Position numbers and translations under genes: made by a program
Part shown: positions 40,085 to 49,647 of the stretch, one piece after another
Numbering within the stretch: position 1 is the stretch's first letter
How the letters are laid out: each line of letters starts with the position of its first letter
Origin: Infirmifilum sp.
GTDB lineage: Archaea > Thermoproteota > Thermoprotei > Thermofilales > Thermofilaceae
Length of the DNA stretch: 64,000 bases
Reading direction: 5' to 3'
Assembly (NCBI GenBank): GCA_041287245.1
Contig: JBEULP010000003.1
Location: forward strand, 1 to 64,000
Notes under the pieces: generated by a model
The model's database searches: none
Told to the model about the DNA's origin: nothing
Seen by the model: the letters and a program-made list of their open reading frames with translations, nothing else

Positions 40085-40393
40085 GTGTCCGAGAGAACGA
40101 GAAGGGGCACTAGAGGTCTTAATATAGAGTCCCTCCCATACAGGATAAAGGTTTATTCGAACAACCAGGTTCTAATACCAGCCTCCCTCGTGAGAAAACT
40201 CAACCTGCAAAAAGCCGTTAAAGTCGAAGTGAAAATACGATTTGGAGGAGCTGAACACTCCTTTTCAGTACACCTCCTTAAGACCAAGTATACAGATTCA
40301 CGACAGTTCACCATCCCAAAGGAGCTGCGTGAAAAAATCTCCTTGCTTCCAGGCTCTGAGATAGAAGTCGTAGAGATTCGGGCTATAGATTAA
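40085..40393 (+). CDS. AbrB/MazE/MraZ-like swapped-hairpin DNA-binding protein with two repeats
   Basis: NNQVLIPASLVRKLNL and SRQFTIPKELREKISL. Confidence 0.8.
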   Translation: MSERTRRGTRGLNIESLPYRIKVYSNNQVLIPASLVRKLNLQKAVKVEVKIRFGGAEHSFSVHLLKTKYTDSRQFTIPKELREKISLLPGSEIEVVEIRAID

Positions 40394-40400
40394 TGCGCAA

Positions 40401-40811
40401 TCAAACGACGCCGAGTCCCTCTTCTCCCACACTCCGACGCAAGGATGCGACAATAAGAAGAGCCCCCATTATGAAGTTAAAAAGCTCCGAGACCGAACTA
40501 GCGATTAGGCCAACGAGCTGTTCCTTCTCGCCTAGAGCGTAGAGAGGCGAGGAAACATACTTTAAAGCATTCCTAACGCCAATCGCATAGGAATAGGCGC
40601 TCTCGTAGTTTTTCAGCACTTCTTCGCCTATCTTCACTAGATTTGGATCACTTAGGTTAGCTATTATCTCCTCGTTCGCGATCTTTAACAGCTTCTCGAG
40701 GACTTGCAAGCCAAGCTCTACCGCCGCATCGTAGTCCTTCTTCGTAATGTAATCGTTAAACTGCTGGATGTATCTCTTCATGAGCTCGCTTAGCTCAATA
40801 GCGCTTGTCAT
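40401..40811 (-). CDS. Hypothetical all-helical protein
   Basis: 136-aa ORF filling the gap. Confidence 0.65.
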   Translation of the reverse strand: MTSAIELSELMKRYIQQFNDYITKKDYDAAVELGLQVLEKLLKIANEEIIANLSDPNLVKIGEEVLKNYESAYSYAIGVRNALKYVSSPLYALGEKEQLVGLIASSVSELFNFIMGALLIVASLRRSVGEEGLGVV

Positions 40812-40893
40812 GTTTTCAAAGACTGTAGAGGGAAAAACCCATTTTTATTTTTCGCAGCTAGAAAAGAATTTATTGCATGTTAAAAAGTGACTG

Positions 40894-42261
40894 ATGGCGC
40901 ACATGTGGTCGATTTTATACTATTTGAGAAACAACCCTGAGAAGCTCAGGTGGAACTTAAAAGCTAGGTTCATGGATGTTTCGATAGTTGACGAGGCTAT
41001 ACGTATAGACGAGGCTTGGCGCATAAAGAAAAGGGAGTATGACGAGACCAGGCACGAGCTGAACAGGGTTTCCGAGGAGATAAGCAAGCTGCCTCCTGGT
41101 GAGAGGGAGAGTGCTATAGGCCAGGCGAGAAGCCTGCGGGAAAAACTCCAGTTTATCGAGCAGGAGCTTGCCGATCTGGAGAAAAAGAGGGAGGGAGTTT
41201 TACGCAGAATCCCTAACGTTATCCATGAGAGTGTACCCATAGGTCCAGACGACACCTATAATACTCCTGTAAAGTATTGGGGAAAGCCTAAGGTTCCGCG
41301 AGAGTACTTGGAGACCTTCATGAAGGAGACCAAAGATAAGGGGTTCAACGTTGAGTACGAGGTTATTGACTGGAAACCTGTAGGGCACGCAGACTTCCTT
41401 GAGAGCAAGGGGTTGACAGCAACGGAGAAAGCTGCCGAGGTGGCTGGCTCAAGGTTCTACTATACTTTCAACGACATTGTATGGCTTGACATAGCGCTGA
41501 CTATGTATGCTCTTGAAAGCCTGGTGAAGAAGGGGTTCACGATACTGCAGCCCCCACTTATGCTCAGGCGTGAAGCATTGGAGGGTGTTATAAGCTTTGA
41601 AGATTTTAGAGACATGGTTTACAAGATTGAGGGGGAGGAGTTGTACCTCATAGGCACCGCTGAACATCCCATTGCCGCTCTCCATATGAACGATGTCTTG
41701 CCCGAGAAAGACCTCCCACTTCTCTATGCAGGGGTCAGTCAGTCCTTCAGGAAGGAGGCGGGTGCTCATGGGAAGGATATGAAGGGGATATTTCGCGTAC
41801 ACCACTTTAACAAGGTTGAACAGTTCGTGTTTTCTCACCCGGATGAGTCGTGGGAGTGGCATGAGAGGCTCCTGAGGAACGCCGAGGAACTCTGGCAGGG
41901 TCTAGGCATACCCTATCGGGTTGTTAACATAGCGTCTGGAGACTTAGGGGTTGTTGCCGCGAAGAAGTATGATATTGAGGCCTGGATGCCGGCCCAAGGT
42001 AAGTTCCGGGAAATGGTCTCATGCAGCAACTGCACGGACTGGCAGAGCTACAGGCTTAACATACGCTATGCAGAGGCTAAAGGAGCACCTACCAAGGGCT
42101 ATGTCCACACTCTTAACAGCACCGCACTTGCAATTCAGCGTACAATAACGGCCATAGTGGAAAATAATCAGAAGCCAGACGGTGTGGTTGTCGTGCCTAA
42201 AGTTCTCAGGAAATATCTGGAGCCGGTTGAGGATAAGCTTCGAGTCTTTGTTTTCGAGTAG
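40894..42261 (+). CDS. serS: Seryl-tRNA synthetase
   Basis: Coiled-coil arm, GTAE, FRKEAG, E.VSCSNC, HTLNSTA. Confidence 0.97.
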   Translation: MAHMWSILYYLRNNPEKLRWNLKARFMDVSIVDEAIRIDEAWRIKKREYDETRHELNRVSEEISKLPPGERESAIGQARSLREKLQFIEQELADLEKKREGVLRRIPNVIHESVPIGPDDTYNTPVKYWGKPKVPREYLETFMKETKDKGFNVEYEVIDWKPVGHADFLESKGLTATEKAAEVAGSRFYYTFNDIVWLDIALTMYALESLVKKGFTILQPPLMLRREALEGVISFEDFRDMVYKIEGEELYLIGTAEHPIAALHMNDVLPEKDLPLLYAGVSQSFRKEAGAHGKDMKGIFRVHHFNKVEQFVFSHPDESWEWHERLLRNAEELWQGLGIPYRVVNIASGDLGVVAAKKYDIEAWMPAQGKFREMVSCSNCTDWQSYRLNIRYAEAKGAPTKGYVHTLNSTALAIQRTITAIVENNQKPDGVVVVPKVLRKYLEPVEDKLRVFVFE

Positions 42262-42317
42262 TGTTCGTGTCACGCTAAAATTTTTAAGCCGCCGAGTCGA
42301 AGAGAACAGGAGATAAT

Positions 42318-42716
42318 ATGAGTACACGTCCAGAGGAAGCTGGCAATATTAAAGTTGGTTCCTTCGTAGTTATAGACGGAGAGCCCTGCCGCGTAGTCGA
42401 GGTTGAGAAAAGTAAGACCGGTAAGCATGGCTCAGCTAAAGCTAGGATAGTGGGCATCGGCTTCTTCGACGGTGCTAAGAGAAGCCTCGTCGTGCCGACC
42501 GATGCTAGGGTAGATGTGCCGATCATTAGGAAATTCAACGCCCAAGTAGTCTCTTTAACCGGCGACACCCTAATGCTGATGAGTCTCGACGACTACACTA
42601 CAATAGAAGTCCCCATACCCACCGAAGAAGAGATAAAGAGTAAGCTCACCGAGGGAGCCGAAGTAGAAGTATGGGAGGTTATGGGAAGATATAAAATCAT
42701 GCGCGTGAGAGGCTAA
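42318..42716 (+). CDS. eif5a: Translation factor aIF-5A
   Basis: Hypusine motif [11 protein letters not shown]. Confidence 0.97.
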   Translation: MSTRPEEAGNIKVGSFVVIDGEPCRVVEVEKSKTGKHGSAKARIVGIGFFDGAKRSLVVPTDARVDVPIIRKFNAQVVSLTGDTLMLMSLDDYTTIEVPIPTEEEIKSKLTEGAEVEVWEVMGRYKIMRVRG

Positions 42717-42748
42717 ATTTTTAGGTAAGCTCCGCATATTCTCTAGGA

Positions 42749-42805
42749 ATGATGATCCAGGCAGGCCTAGACCGTTCACGGGATGACCGGGATCTTGAGT
42801 GCTGA
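42749..42805 (+). ncRNA. Box C/D guide sRNA; D guide complementary to a tRNA-Leu(CAA) anticodon arm
   Basis: ATGATGA-tccaggcaggcc-TAGA-ccgttcacgg hairpin-GATGA-ccgggatcttgagtg-CTGA. Confidence 0.82.
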
Positions 42806-42966
42806 CCCGAGTGACCTCTTCTCAAGTAGCAAAAACTTGGTAAAAACATCTCCTAAAAAAGGAGGATTTCTATGGGACATGAAAAGTTAAGATTGAAATC
42901 GCTTCCCCCGTATCCCGCATAATCCTTTATTTATTCTTTTATAGTTTATCATCGCGGGGTTCAAAA

Positions 42967-43836
42967 ATGGTGTTTAAGATTCTTGTCTCAGGACTTATCC
43001 CATACGATTCCGGAAAAACATGGTTTACCCTAGGAGCCGCAGCTGCTTTTCAAGCCCGGGGGTTTAGAGTTGCGGTGTACAAGCCCGTCGCGGCTCATAA
43101 CTTGTGGTATAGTCCACGAACCGTTAAGCGGAGCCTTGAGCTTGGAAGCCTCGTTGGAAACGACATCCTGTTATACTATGATAGGGGGCTAGTTGAAAAC
43201 ATCGTTAGCGCCAATCCCATAGCTATTGCAACTGCTCCAACGGATCCACTCAAGTACAAGGCTTTCGAGGACTATGCGCGGGATCTCGAGCTTCTCGACA
43301 GGATAGCCGTCCTATCGAGAGTACATGAGTGCGGTGCGGGTAAAACCACTCATTATATTCACCCTGAGAATCTTGGAAAAATGACCTGGAAAACACTGAG
43401 AGTAATCGAGATATTGAGAAAAAGGTTACAGGCTGACACGTTGCCCTTTTCAGAACTTGTGAGGTATCTTTCCTCTGTCGATGCTGGGAGCAATTTAGAG
43501 TCATGCCTCGAACAAATCCAACTTAATAAGGACATCGTATTTGTTGAGAGTTTTAACGACGCGGTAGCCCCTTTTGGCTCATTGGTCGATAAAATAGAAT
43601 TGGTCGTCATCGTAGCGCCTGGAAAGGTACTCGTATACCGTGATGTTGAGAAACTCGGAGAGACCCTGGCGAGGACTGTTGAAAAGCTTGGGCAGGAAGG
43701 GTTCAGGAGTAAACATTTAATCACCGTTGGAAAACCGTGGCTCACATTATCATTAAACTACACTTCCAGCCCCATAGCTCAAAAAGCACATGAGCGTTTC
43801 GTTGAGAAAGTTGCGCCTCTCGTCGCCCGCGCTTAA
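42967..43836 (+). CDS. Predicted P-loop NTPase (dethiobiotin synthase/CobQ-like fold)
   Basis: GLIPYDSGKT, YKPVAAHN.WY, VESFND. Confidence 0.75.
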   Translation: MVFKILVSGLIPYDSGKTWFTLGAAAAFQARGFRVAVYKPVAAHNLWYSPRTVKRSLELGSLVGNDILLYYDRGLVENIVSANPIAIATAPTDPLKYKAFEDYARDLELLDRIAVLSRVHECGAGKTTHYIHPENLGKMTWKTLRVIEILRKRLQADTLPFSELVRYLSSVDAGSNLESCLEQIQLNKDIVFVESFNDAVAPFGSLVDKIELVVIVAPGKVLVYRDVEKLGETLARTVEKLGQEGFRSKHLITVGKPWLTLSLNYTSSPIAQKAHERFVEKVAPLVARA

Positions 43837-43850
43837 AAACATATATTTCT

Positions 43851-44138
43851 GTGCTTGAAGCATTAACCATGATGCTTATCCGTGAGCTGTTGGGAAAAAA
43901 AGTTGTAACAGTTGATGGTTTGGATGTAGGCGTAATTGAGGATGTCCAAGTGTCAGATGACTGGAGGGTGCAAGGTCTTATTCTACGCTTGACGCGGGTT
44001 GCTGCTAAGGAGATTGGTATTCGTCTATCTCTTCGCGCGCGCGGCGTTGTCGACACATCTCTTGTAAAAGGTATTGGCGACTACGTCACTGTAGGTGTTG
44101 AACGTTCGAAGCTGAGAGAGTTTGTCAAGCCTCTCTAG
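43851..44138 (+). CDS. PRC-barrel domain protein
   Basis: ELLGKKVVTVDG..VGVIEDV, VKGIGDYV. Confidence 0.85.
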   Translation: MLEALTMMLIRELLGKKVVTVDGLDVGVIEDVQVSDDWRVQGLILRLTRVAAKEIGIRLSLRARGVVDTSLVKGIGDYVTVGVERSKLREFVKPL

Positions 44139-44141
44139 GCC

Positions 44142-44621
44142 GTGCGGTACATGTCTCATGAGAAAACTTTCGCTTGTAATAAGCCTTGCAGAAAGGGAGT
44201 TGTAGGTGGAACTTTCTCACTGCTACATGAAGGTCATAGGTTGCTTCTTCGAGTCTCTGCTGAAAACTCTTGCAGCCTTTTAGTGGGTGTTACCTCAGAT
44301 GAATATGTTGCGAAGAATAAGAAACACCCTGTAGAGCCATTTGACGAGCGGGTTAAGACAGTACTAGAATATCTACGGGGAGTGGATAAAAGCTTGGAAG
44401 TTCAAGTAGTAAGGATTGGTGATGCTTTTGGCCCTTCAGTTGAGGATGCCGAGGCTGATTGTATATTTGTATCTGAGGAGACACTCTATGGTGCATACCT
44501 CGTGAACCTCCTGCGAAAGATCAGGGGGTTAAGGCCCCTCCGCGTATACTGCATCGAGACACTCACATTCCATGGAGTAAGGCTATCCAGCTCGCTTCTC
44601 TGGTCGATGAGAAAAAACTAA
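44142..44621 (+). CDS. coaD: Archaeal phosphopantetheine adenylyltransferase
   Basis: GGTFSLLHEGH, GVTSD, FGP, VSEET, RLSSS. Confidence 0.85.
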   Translation: MRYMSHEKTFACNKPCRKGVVGGTFSLLHEGHRLLLRVSAENSCSLLVGVTSDEYVAKNKKHPVEPFDERVKTVLEYLRGVDKSLEVQVVRIGDAFGPSVEDAEADCIFVSEETLYGAYLVNLLRKIRGLRPLRVYCIETLTFHGVRLSSSLLWSMRKN

Positions 44622-44839
44622 GAGTTTAGCCTAGGGAGAAAACTCTTCCTTAGGTATTCTGCGAGAACAACAGCTAGTACGATAAAGAGCACTAATACCC
44701 CGAGACCCATTATAGATCTCATAATGCCTGTAAAATTCCTTGAGACCAGCTCTGCAACTAGCACTAAAGCAAGCAGTATAACCCATGCTACGGCGAGCAG
44801 AGCTCCAACGGACAACACAACTCTCCCGGTCTTCAACAA
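44618..44839 (-). CDS. Small two-helix membrane protein
   Basis: Two hydrophobic segments; GAGGTGA SD; coupled to the upstream gene. Confidence 0.7.
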   Translation of the reverse strand: MLKTGRVVLSVGALLAVAWVILLALVLVAELVSRNFTGIMRSIMGLGVLVLFIVLAVVLAEYLRKSFLPRLNS

Positions 44840-44842
44840 TCA

Positions 44843-45853
44843 TCACCTCATAAGGATGGCTGATATGATGGCAAGTCCGGCGGCGACAGACTCTATCCAA
44901 ATATAGACTCTCGCAACCTCTGGTTCTGTGGCGGGGCCACCTATCGTCAGGATTAACCTCGTGAGTGAAAGAGGAGCATCGGGGTCTCTGCTCGCCGTGA
45001 GCACGCCCCTCTCGTCGACGTGGATTGGTCTCTTCTTCACCTGGCGGTGCTCCTTGAAGCCTCGGAAGCTTACCAATATAAAGAAGCCGTTGAGGAGGTG
45101 GGGGAGTAGGAGGGTTAGAGCTATAAATTCAAGGTGTTCGACAACTGCTATCGCTCCTATGACTGCGCCTAGAAATAGGCTTCCACTATCACCGTTGAAT
45201 ACCCTTGCAGGATACGCATTGTACTTGTAGTAGGCTATTAAAGCTCCGAGCATTATGAGAGAGATCGTGAAGGCTGCATCTCGGCCTAGAATAAGGCTGG
45301 CTATAGCTAGGGCTGTAAAGGCAACAATGGAGGTGCCTGGAACCACGCCATTCATGACGTCAAGCATGTTCACAATGTTAGCGGCTCCCGCTATGGAAAT
45401 CGGCATGAGGAGCCAGTAGATTATGGTTATTCTTAGCCTCCCGATGAAGGGTAACTTTGGACGACCCCACTCTATAATATTTGGTGTGAGGACCCCGGCT
45501 GCTAGGACGGGGAGGATTCCTAGAACCGAAAGAACAGTCTTAATCTCTCCCTTAAGTATCTTAACGTCATCGATAAATCCTACAGCGAAACAAATCGCCC
45601 CGCTTAGAAATATTACGAGAGCCTTAATGGCTGTCGAGACTTCACTTGTAACAGCCAGTGCAAGGAGAAACGACACCGCCGTGCTGATGAATAATATGAC
45701 CCCGCCACTATGAGCGACGGTGGGATGCCCTGGCTTATGAGCGTCTGGTCTTACGATGCTCTTCTTATGTAGAAGTCTTATCAGCGGCTCTGAAATCAAA
45801 AATGTGACAATCAGAGAAACAGTAAAACCCAGGAAAGGTGGGAGCAACTGCAC
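44843..45853 (-). CDS. UDP-GlcNAc:dolichyl-phosphate GlcNAc-1-P transferase (GPT/AglH, glycosyltransferase family 4)
   Basis: DAHKP, GFIDD, N.VNMLDVMNG, NAYPARVFNGDSG. Confidence 0.88.
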   Translation of the reverse strand: MQLLPPFLGFTVSLIVTFLISEPLIRLLHKKSIVRPDAHKPGHPTVAHSGGVILFISTAVSFLLALAVTSEVSTAIKALVIFLSGAICFAVGFIDDVKILKGEIKTVLSVLGILPVLAAGVLTPNIIEWGRPKLPFIGRLRITIIYWLLMPISIAGAANIVNMLDVMNGVVPGTSIVAFTALAIASLILGRDAAFTISLIMLGALIAYYKYNAYPARVFNGDSGSLFLGAVIGAIAVVEHLEFIALTLLLPHLLNGFFILVSFRGFKEHRQVKKRPIHVDERGVLTASRDPDAPLSLTRLILTIGGPATEPEVARVYIWIESVAAGLAIISAILMR

Positions 45854-45854
45854 A

Positions 45855-46835
45855 CTATATCACCCCAAGCTCCCTGGCTACATAACCGATAATGGCAGGG
45901 AAGATTATTGTCGCGTCCCCAGGTACTGTGACATGACTTGCCCTAGGCTTTATTTTTCCCCAGCTTATCGCTTCACGTGTCCGGGCGCCACTCAGGCTTC
46001 CATCCCACTCGGGAGCTGAGGTTATAGCCACAGCGTAGTCCAGGCCCCCTCTGAACTGGGCCCACCATATTAGGTGATGTTTTGAGATTCCACCTCCCAG
46101 CATGAGTCCTCCCAGCTTTTCTGCCGAGTATACAATATCAGCTATCTTCCCCAGATCTCTAATAAGGTCAAGCTGTATAGGCTTTAGGGTAGAGCTTGCA
46201 CGCCCTTTCTCGTTGAACGTGTAGATAGCTGTGCCGAAAGCACCGTCCACGATACCTGGCGCGAAGATGGGGACATTTTTAGAGTAGGCTGCGTGGAGAA
46301 TCGAGTATGGATCACTCAGCCTTCTGCCGGCTTCGAAGGCAAGCTCACTGGGAGACCAGTCTGTCTTAGTCTTTGATAGTTCTTCAAGCATCATGTGGGT
46401 AAAACTCTCAACAGGGGGGCCATAGTTCTCAGAGGGCACTAAAATATTACCGAGACGGTGTATCTCCAATTCTTTCAGATACGCGTCGTCGAACTCGAAC
46501 TCTCCTATGTAGTATTTGTATCCCAGCCCTCTTGCTATATCGTGGTCGAAGGTTCCGCCCGTGGTTATCACTGCATGCGCCAGCCCATGCCGCAGAAGAT
46601 CTGCAAAGAGCCCCCTCAACCCTGTAGCTACAAGGTTAGCTGGAAAGCTAAACATGACTACAGCTCCACTCCTATACATCTCCAGCAGTGTCTCCGCGCT
46701 CCTTACAAGGTATCTCGCCGAAAAACCCCCCAGCTTACCCAGCAACCCGACAAGCCCTCCGGCGTTCTCTGCTGCCTCCTCCAAGCTGATGTCTTCAACC
46801 GGCTGCTGGAGCAGCGAGCTTCTCGTTTCGTCCAT
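45855..46835 (-). CDS. dys: Deoxyhypusine synthase
   Basis: ANLVATGLR, HRLGN, GGGISKHH, DGSLSGARTREAISWGK. Confidence 0.95.
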   Translation of the reverse strand: MDETRSSLLQQPVEDISLEEAAENAGGLVGLLGKLGGFSARYLVRSAETLLEMYRSGAVVMFSFPANLVATGLRGLFADLLRHGLAHAVITTGGTFDHDIARGLGYKYYIGEFEFDDAYLKELEIHRLGNILVPSENYGPPVESFTHMMLEELSKTKTDWSPSELAFEAGRRLSDPYSILHAAYSKNVPIFAPGIVDGAFGTAIYTFNEKGRASSTLKPIQLDLIRDLGKIADIVYSAEKLGGLMLGGGISKHHLIWWAQFRGGLDYAVAITSAPEWDGSLSGARTREAISWGKIKPRASHVTVPGDATIIFPAIIGYVARELGVI

Positions 46836-46839
46836 AGCG

Positions 46840-47064
46840 TCACCGTACCTTCAAGGCGTAAATTCCTGGCTTCGGAATCTTCAGCAGCTCTCTGATGCTT
46901 GAATTCTCAAGAGAGATTATTGCAACAAACCCGTCCCAGTCGTCTGAGAACTCCTTCCCGCCACAGATTGGGCACACTTCAATCTCATCTGGAACTAGAG
47001 CTTTACAGTTTGTACATGCCTTAAGTGGGAGCTTCCTCTTCCTTTTATGAGGCGTCTTTATCAC
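46840..47064 (-). CDS. spt4: Transcription elongation factor Spt4 (RpoE'')
   Basis: KACTNC..CPICG..FSDDW.G..PGIYALKV. Confidence 0.93.
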   Translation of the reverse strand: MIKTPHKRKRKLPLKACTNCKALVPDEIEVCPICGGKEFSDDWDGFVAIISLENSSIRELLKIPKPGIYALKVR

Positions 47065-47620
47065 CCTTCTTCTGCTTCTCTATAAGCTCCTTAATATACT
47101 CTAGCTTGCCCAGGTATGGCTGGCGCATTGTAAGCCTTACCCGCAGCTGCCCCTTCTGAACATCATAAGTAAAACCTGTTACGCGAGCCCGCACAACGTC
47201 GCCCCTCCTTATTATTCTCTTACCACTCTCAGCTATAACAACACCTTGATCCCTTTCATAAATAACGTCCTTCGTAGCGAAAACCTGAGAACGGTGTACA
47301 AAGCCGTCCACAGCTCCCAACCTTACTGTAAGGCCTATGTTTTCAACTAAAACAACCTCTCCCTCAACAACCTCCTGGTTCACAGGGCTGAAGACAAGAG
47401 CTGTGAACTGAGCCCTGTGATAAGACCCTGCCTCCCCGAAAGTCAGGTAACCCTCCTCAGAAGCCACAGCATCCAGAACCGAAACCACAAGTCCTATTCC
47501 CTCTAAAACCCTACCCTCAAAGCTTTCGCGAAGTATCTCTAGAGCCGCCTCATTAAGGGGCTTCCCGAACAGTCGTGGGGGAATTCTGATCACATCCTCG
47601 AGCCTCATTATCTTATACAT
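47045..47620 (-). CDS. rpoE1: RNA polymerase subunit Rpo7 (E')
   Basis: D.IRIPP..F, EVVEGEV, DGFVHRSQ, LTMRQPYLGK. Confidence 0.95.
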   Translation of the reverse strand: MYKIMRLEDVIRIPPRLFGKPLNEAALEILRESFEGRVLEGIGLVVSVLDAVASEEGYLTFGEAGSYHRAQFTALVFSPVNQEVVEGEVVLVENIGLTVRLGAVDGFVHRSQVFATKDVIYERDQGVVIAESGKRIIRRGDVVRARVTGFTYDVQKGQLRVRLTMRQPYLGKLEYIKELIEKQKKGDKDAS

Positions 47621-47739
47621 AAGAACCCTAATGCCTCAGACACACCTCATTATATTTATTTTTCTAACACCCAAGCCTGCATGAAAAGCGTCGTCCGCCG
47701 ACGGCTAGTTTTTAATACCCTTTGCCACATAAATTCTAT

Positions 47740-48064
47740 GGGCCCGGCGGGAGCCCCGGGGGGCTAGCCCTCCCCTGTAACCGCAAACGGGCTAAAGGCG
47801 GGGGGCGTCAACCTCCGGAGGCGCCTGCAAGCCGCGCGTCTAGGCGTGAGCGCCTGCCGATGCACCCCGAGACTGCGGGACGCTCCGCTCCGTGCTAAGC
47901 TCCTCGTAGGGGGAGCGAAGCACGGCTAGGCCGAAACGGGTTAGGCCCGGGAGGGAGCGGCCCTAAGGCCGGCGGGGTGTGTTCGCAGAAACTCGGGGCA
48001 AGTAGCAGGCGTTCATGCCTAGACACGCTGGCCCAGGCTACTCCGGGGGGACGCCGCCGGGCTC
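47740..48064 (+). ncRNA. ffs: SRP (7S) RNA
   Basis: Terminal helix GGGCCCGGCGG/CCGCCGGGCTC, Alu-domain TGTAA, long helix 5, helix-8 motif TAGG-CCC-GGAG-GGAGCGG. Confidence 0.93.
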
Positions 48065-48189
48065 GCTTGGGTGTAACCGTGTAAACCTTTTCCTCCTTAT
48101 ATACCCATTTAATTGTAAGGGTTGAAGAGCTGGGTCTCAGCTCCGGGCATAGCTAAAAGTTTAAGCATAGCCTCGCCAAATCTCTCATG

Positions 48190-48494
48190 GGCGCGGTGGG
48201 CCACCGGGCGGGCGCCGGCCAGCCACGGCGACGGGCTGGCTGTGGAACCCCCTCCCCTCCGCGGTCCGTGGCTGCGTAAGCAGCTCGGCGAAAAGCCGAG
48301 GGGGAGCGAAGGCCCCCAGGGTGGATGAGTATGACCTCCGGTAAAGGAGAGAAGACGCTCTGGGTATGCGTGAAATGCCCTCCCCACGGGGTTAGGGTCA
48401 AACAGGCCCTGTGAGGCACCGCGGTGAGGGCCGGGTAGACCCTTAGACGGATCCCGCCTAAACAGAAGAGGGGGTACGAGTGGCCCACCGCGCC
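48190..48494 (+). ncRNA. rnpB: RNase P RNA, type A-like but divergent
   Basis: P1 GGCGCGGTGGGCCAC/GTGGCCCACCGCGCC, P2 GGGCGGG/CCCGCCT, CR-V AAACAGAA, P4 ACCCCCTC/GAGGGGGT, P15 GGGTC/GACCC preceded by GGTA, CR-IV AG-N4-AT. Confidence 0.9.
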
Positions 48495-48559
48495 AAAAAT
48501 AATCGCGCATATAGCCCAGAACCCGAAAATAATTAACTCCCTCCTGGTGTGTATACAGC

Positions 48560-49516
48560 GTGTATAGAGTTATTGACCTATTCTGCGGGGCTGGGGGGTT
48601 TTCACGGGGGTTTAAGGAGGAGGGATTTTCGATTGAGCTGGGAGTGGAGAGCATGGAGGTTGTCGCCAAGACATATGCTGCTAATTTTCCGGAGGCTAAG
48701 GTTTTACCTGTTGATATAAAAGAGGTTCACTCGCTCGACCTTGCGAAAATTGTTGAGAAACCTGACGTCATAATAGGCGGTCCTCCATGCGAGGCTTATA
48801 CGCGTGCAAATCCCCGGCGCCGCGAAGACCCCTACGAGAGGCTCTACGACGACCCTTTAGGCTCGCTGGTGCTTCACTTTATAAGAATTGTGGGAGACTT
48901 TGAACCGAAGGTCTTCGTAATGGAGAACGTTCCCGGCATAATGGATGACGGCTTAGATAATGTGCTTAGAAGAGAGTTCGCAGAGGTTGGCTACAGCAAA
49001 ATATACTTTAACATACTTAGGGCAGAGGAGCATGGCACTCCTTCACATAGAACACGAGTGTTCGTCTCTAACATACCTATTGAGCCGCCTAAACAGGAGA
49101 AGGTGGTTGTTATCCAAGCTCTGGAGGGGCTGCCGCCTCCAGACGAATATTATAACATTCCAAACCATGAAGTCGTCCCCTTAGGGCCTCACCGTCTTAA
49201 ACGTATTGCAAGGCTCAGGTGGGGAGAGCCGCTCGTGAGGTACAGAGGGTATAAAGGCAGAATCCTGGGAAATATTGTCAGACTCCACCCATACAGGGTA
49301 GCACCGACTGTCATGGGGTCGTCTAGATTTGTCCACCCCTTCGAGAATAGGCTTCTCACAGTGAGAGAGCAGGCGCGTCTCATGGGCTTCCCAGACTATC
49401 ACGTATTCCTCGGCGGCAGGGATTTACAGTTCAACCAGGTTGGCGAGGCTGTTCCTGTGCCTTTGGCAAGGGCGATTGCACGCGAAGTTAAAAAATACCT
49501 AGACTTGATGAATTAA
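48560..49516 (+). CDS. C5 cytosine methyltransferase (Dcm family), no adjacent endonuclease
   Basis: DLFCGAGG, GGPPC, MENV, R.R.F, RLMGFP, GEAVP. Confidence 0.92.
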   Translation: MYRVIDLFCGAGGFSRGFKEEGFSIELGVESMEVVAKTYAANFPEAKVLPVDIKEVHSLDLAKIVEKPDVIIGGPPCEAYTRANPRRREDPYERLYDDPLGSLVLHFIRIVGDFEPKVFVMENVPGIMDDGLDNVLRREFAEVGYSKIYFNILRAEEHGTPSHRTRVFVSNIPIEPPKQEKVVVIQALEGLPPPDEYYNIPNHEVVPLGPHRLKRIARLRWGEPLVRYRGYKGRILGNIVRLHPYRVAPTVMGSSRFVHPFENRLLTVREQARLMGFPDYHVFLGGRDLQFNQVGEAVPVPLARAIAREVKKYLDLMN

Positions 49517-49647
49517 ATGTCGCATCATGTACCAATAATAGTGAGATACCCCGGAGATAACACTAGCCGCAACATCTTCGCTTGGCAGAGTTTTTCTTCA
49601 CACGCAAAAAGTTTAATGCTATCATGAGAAAATATAAGGCGAGGAAT

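Noticed and set aside
48109..48669. ORFs of 186, 111 and 68 aa
   Set aside because: They lie over the GC-rich RNase P RNA gene, where stop codons are rare
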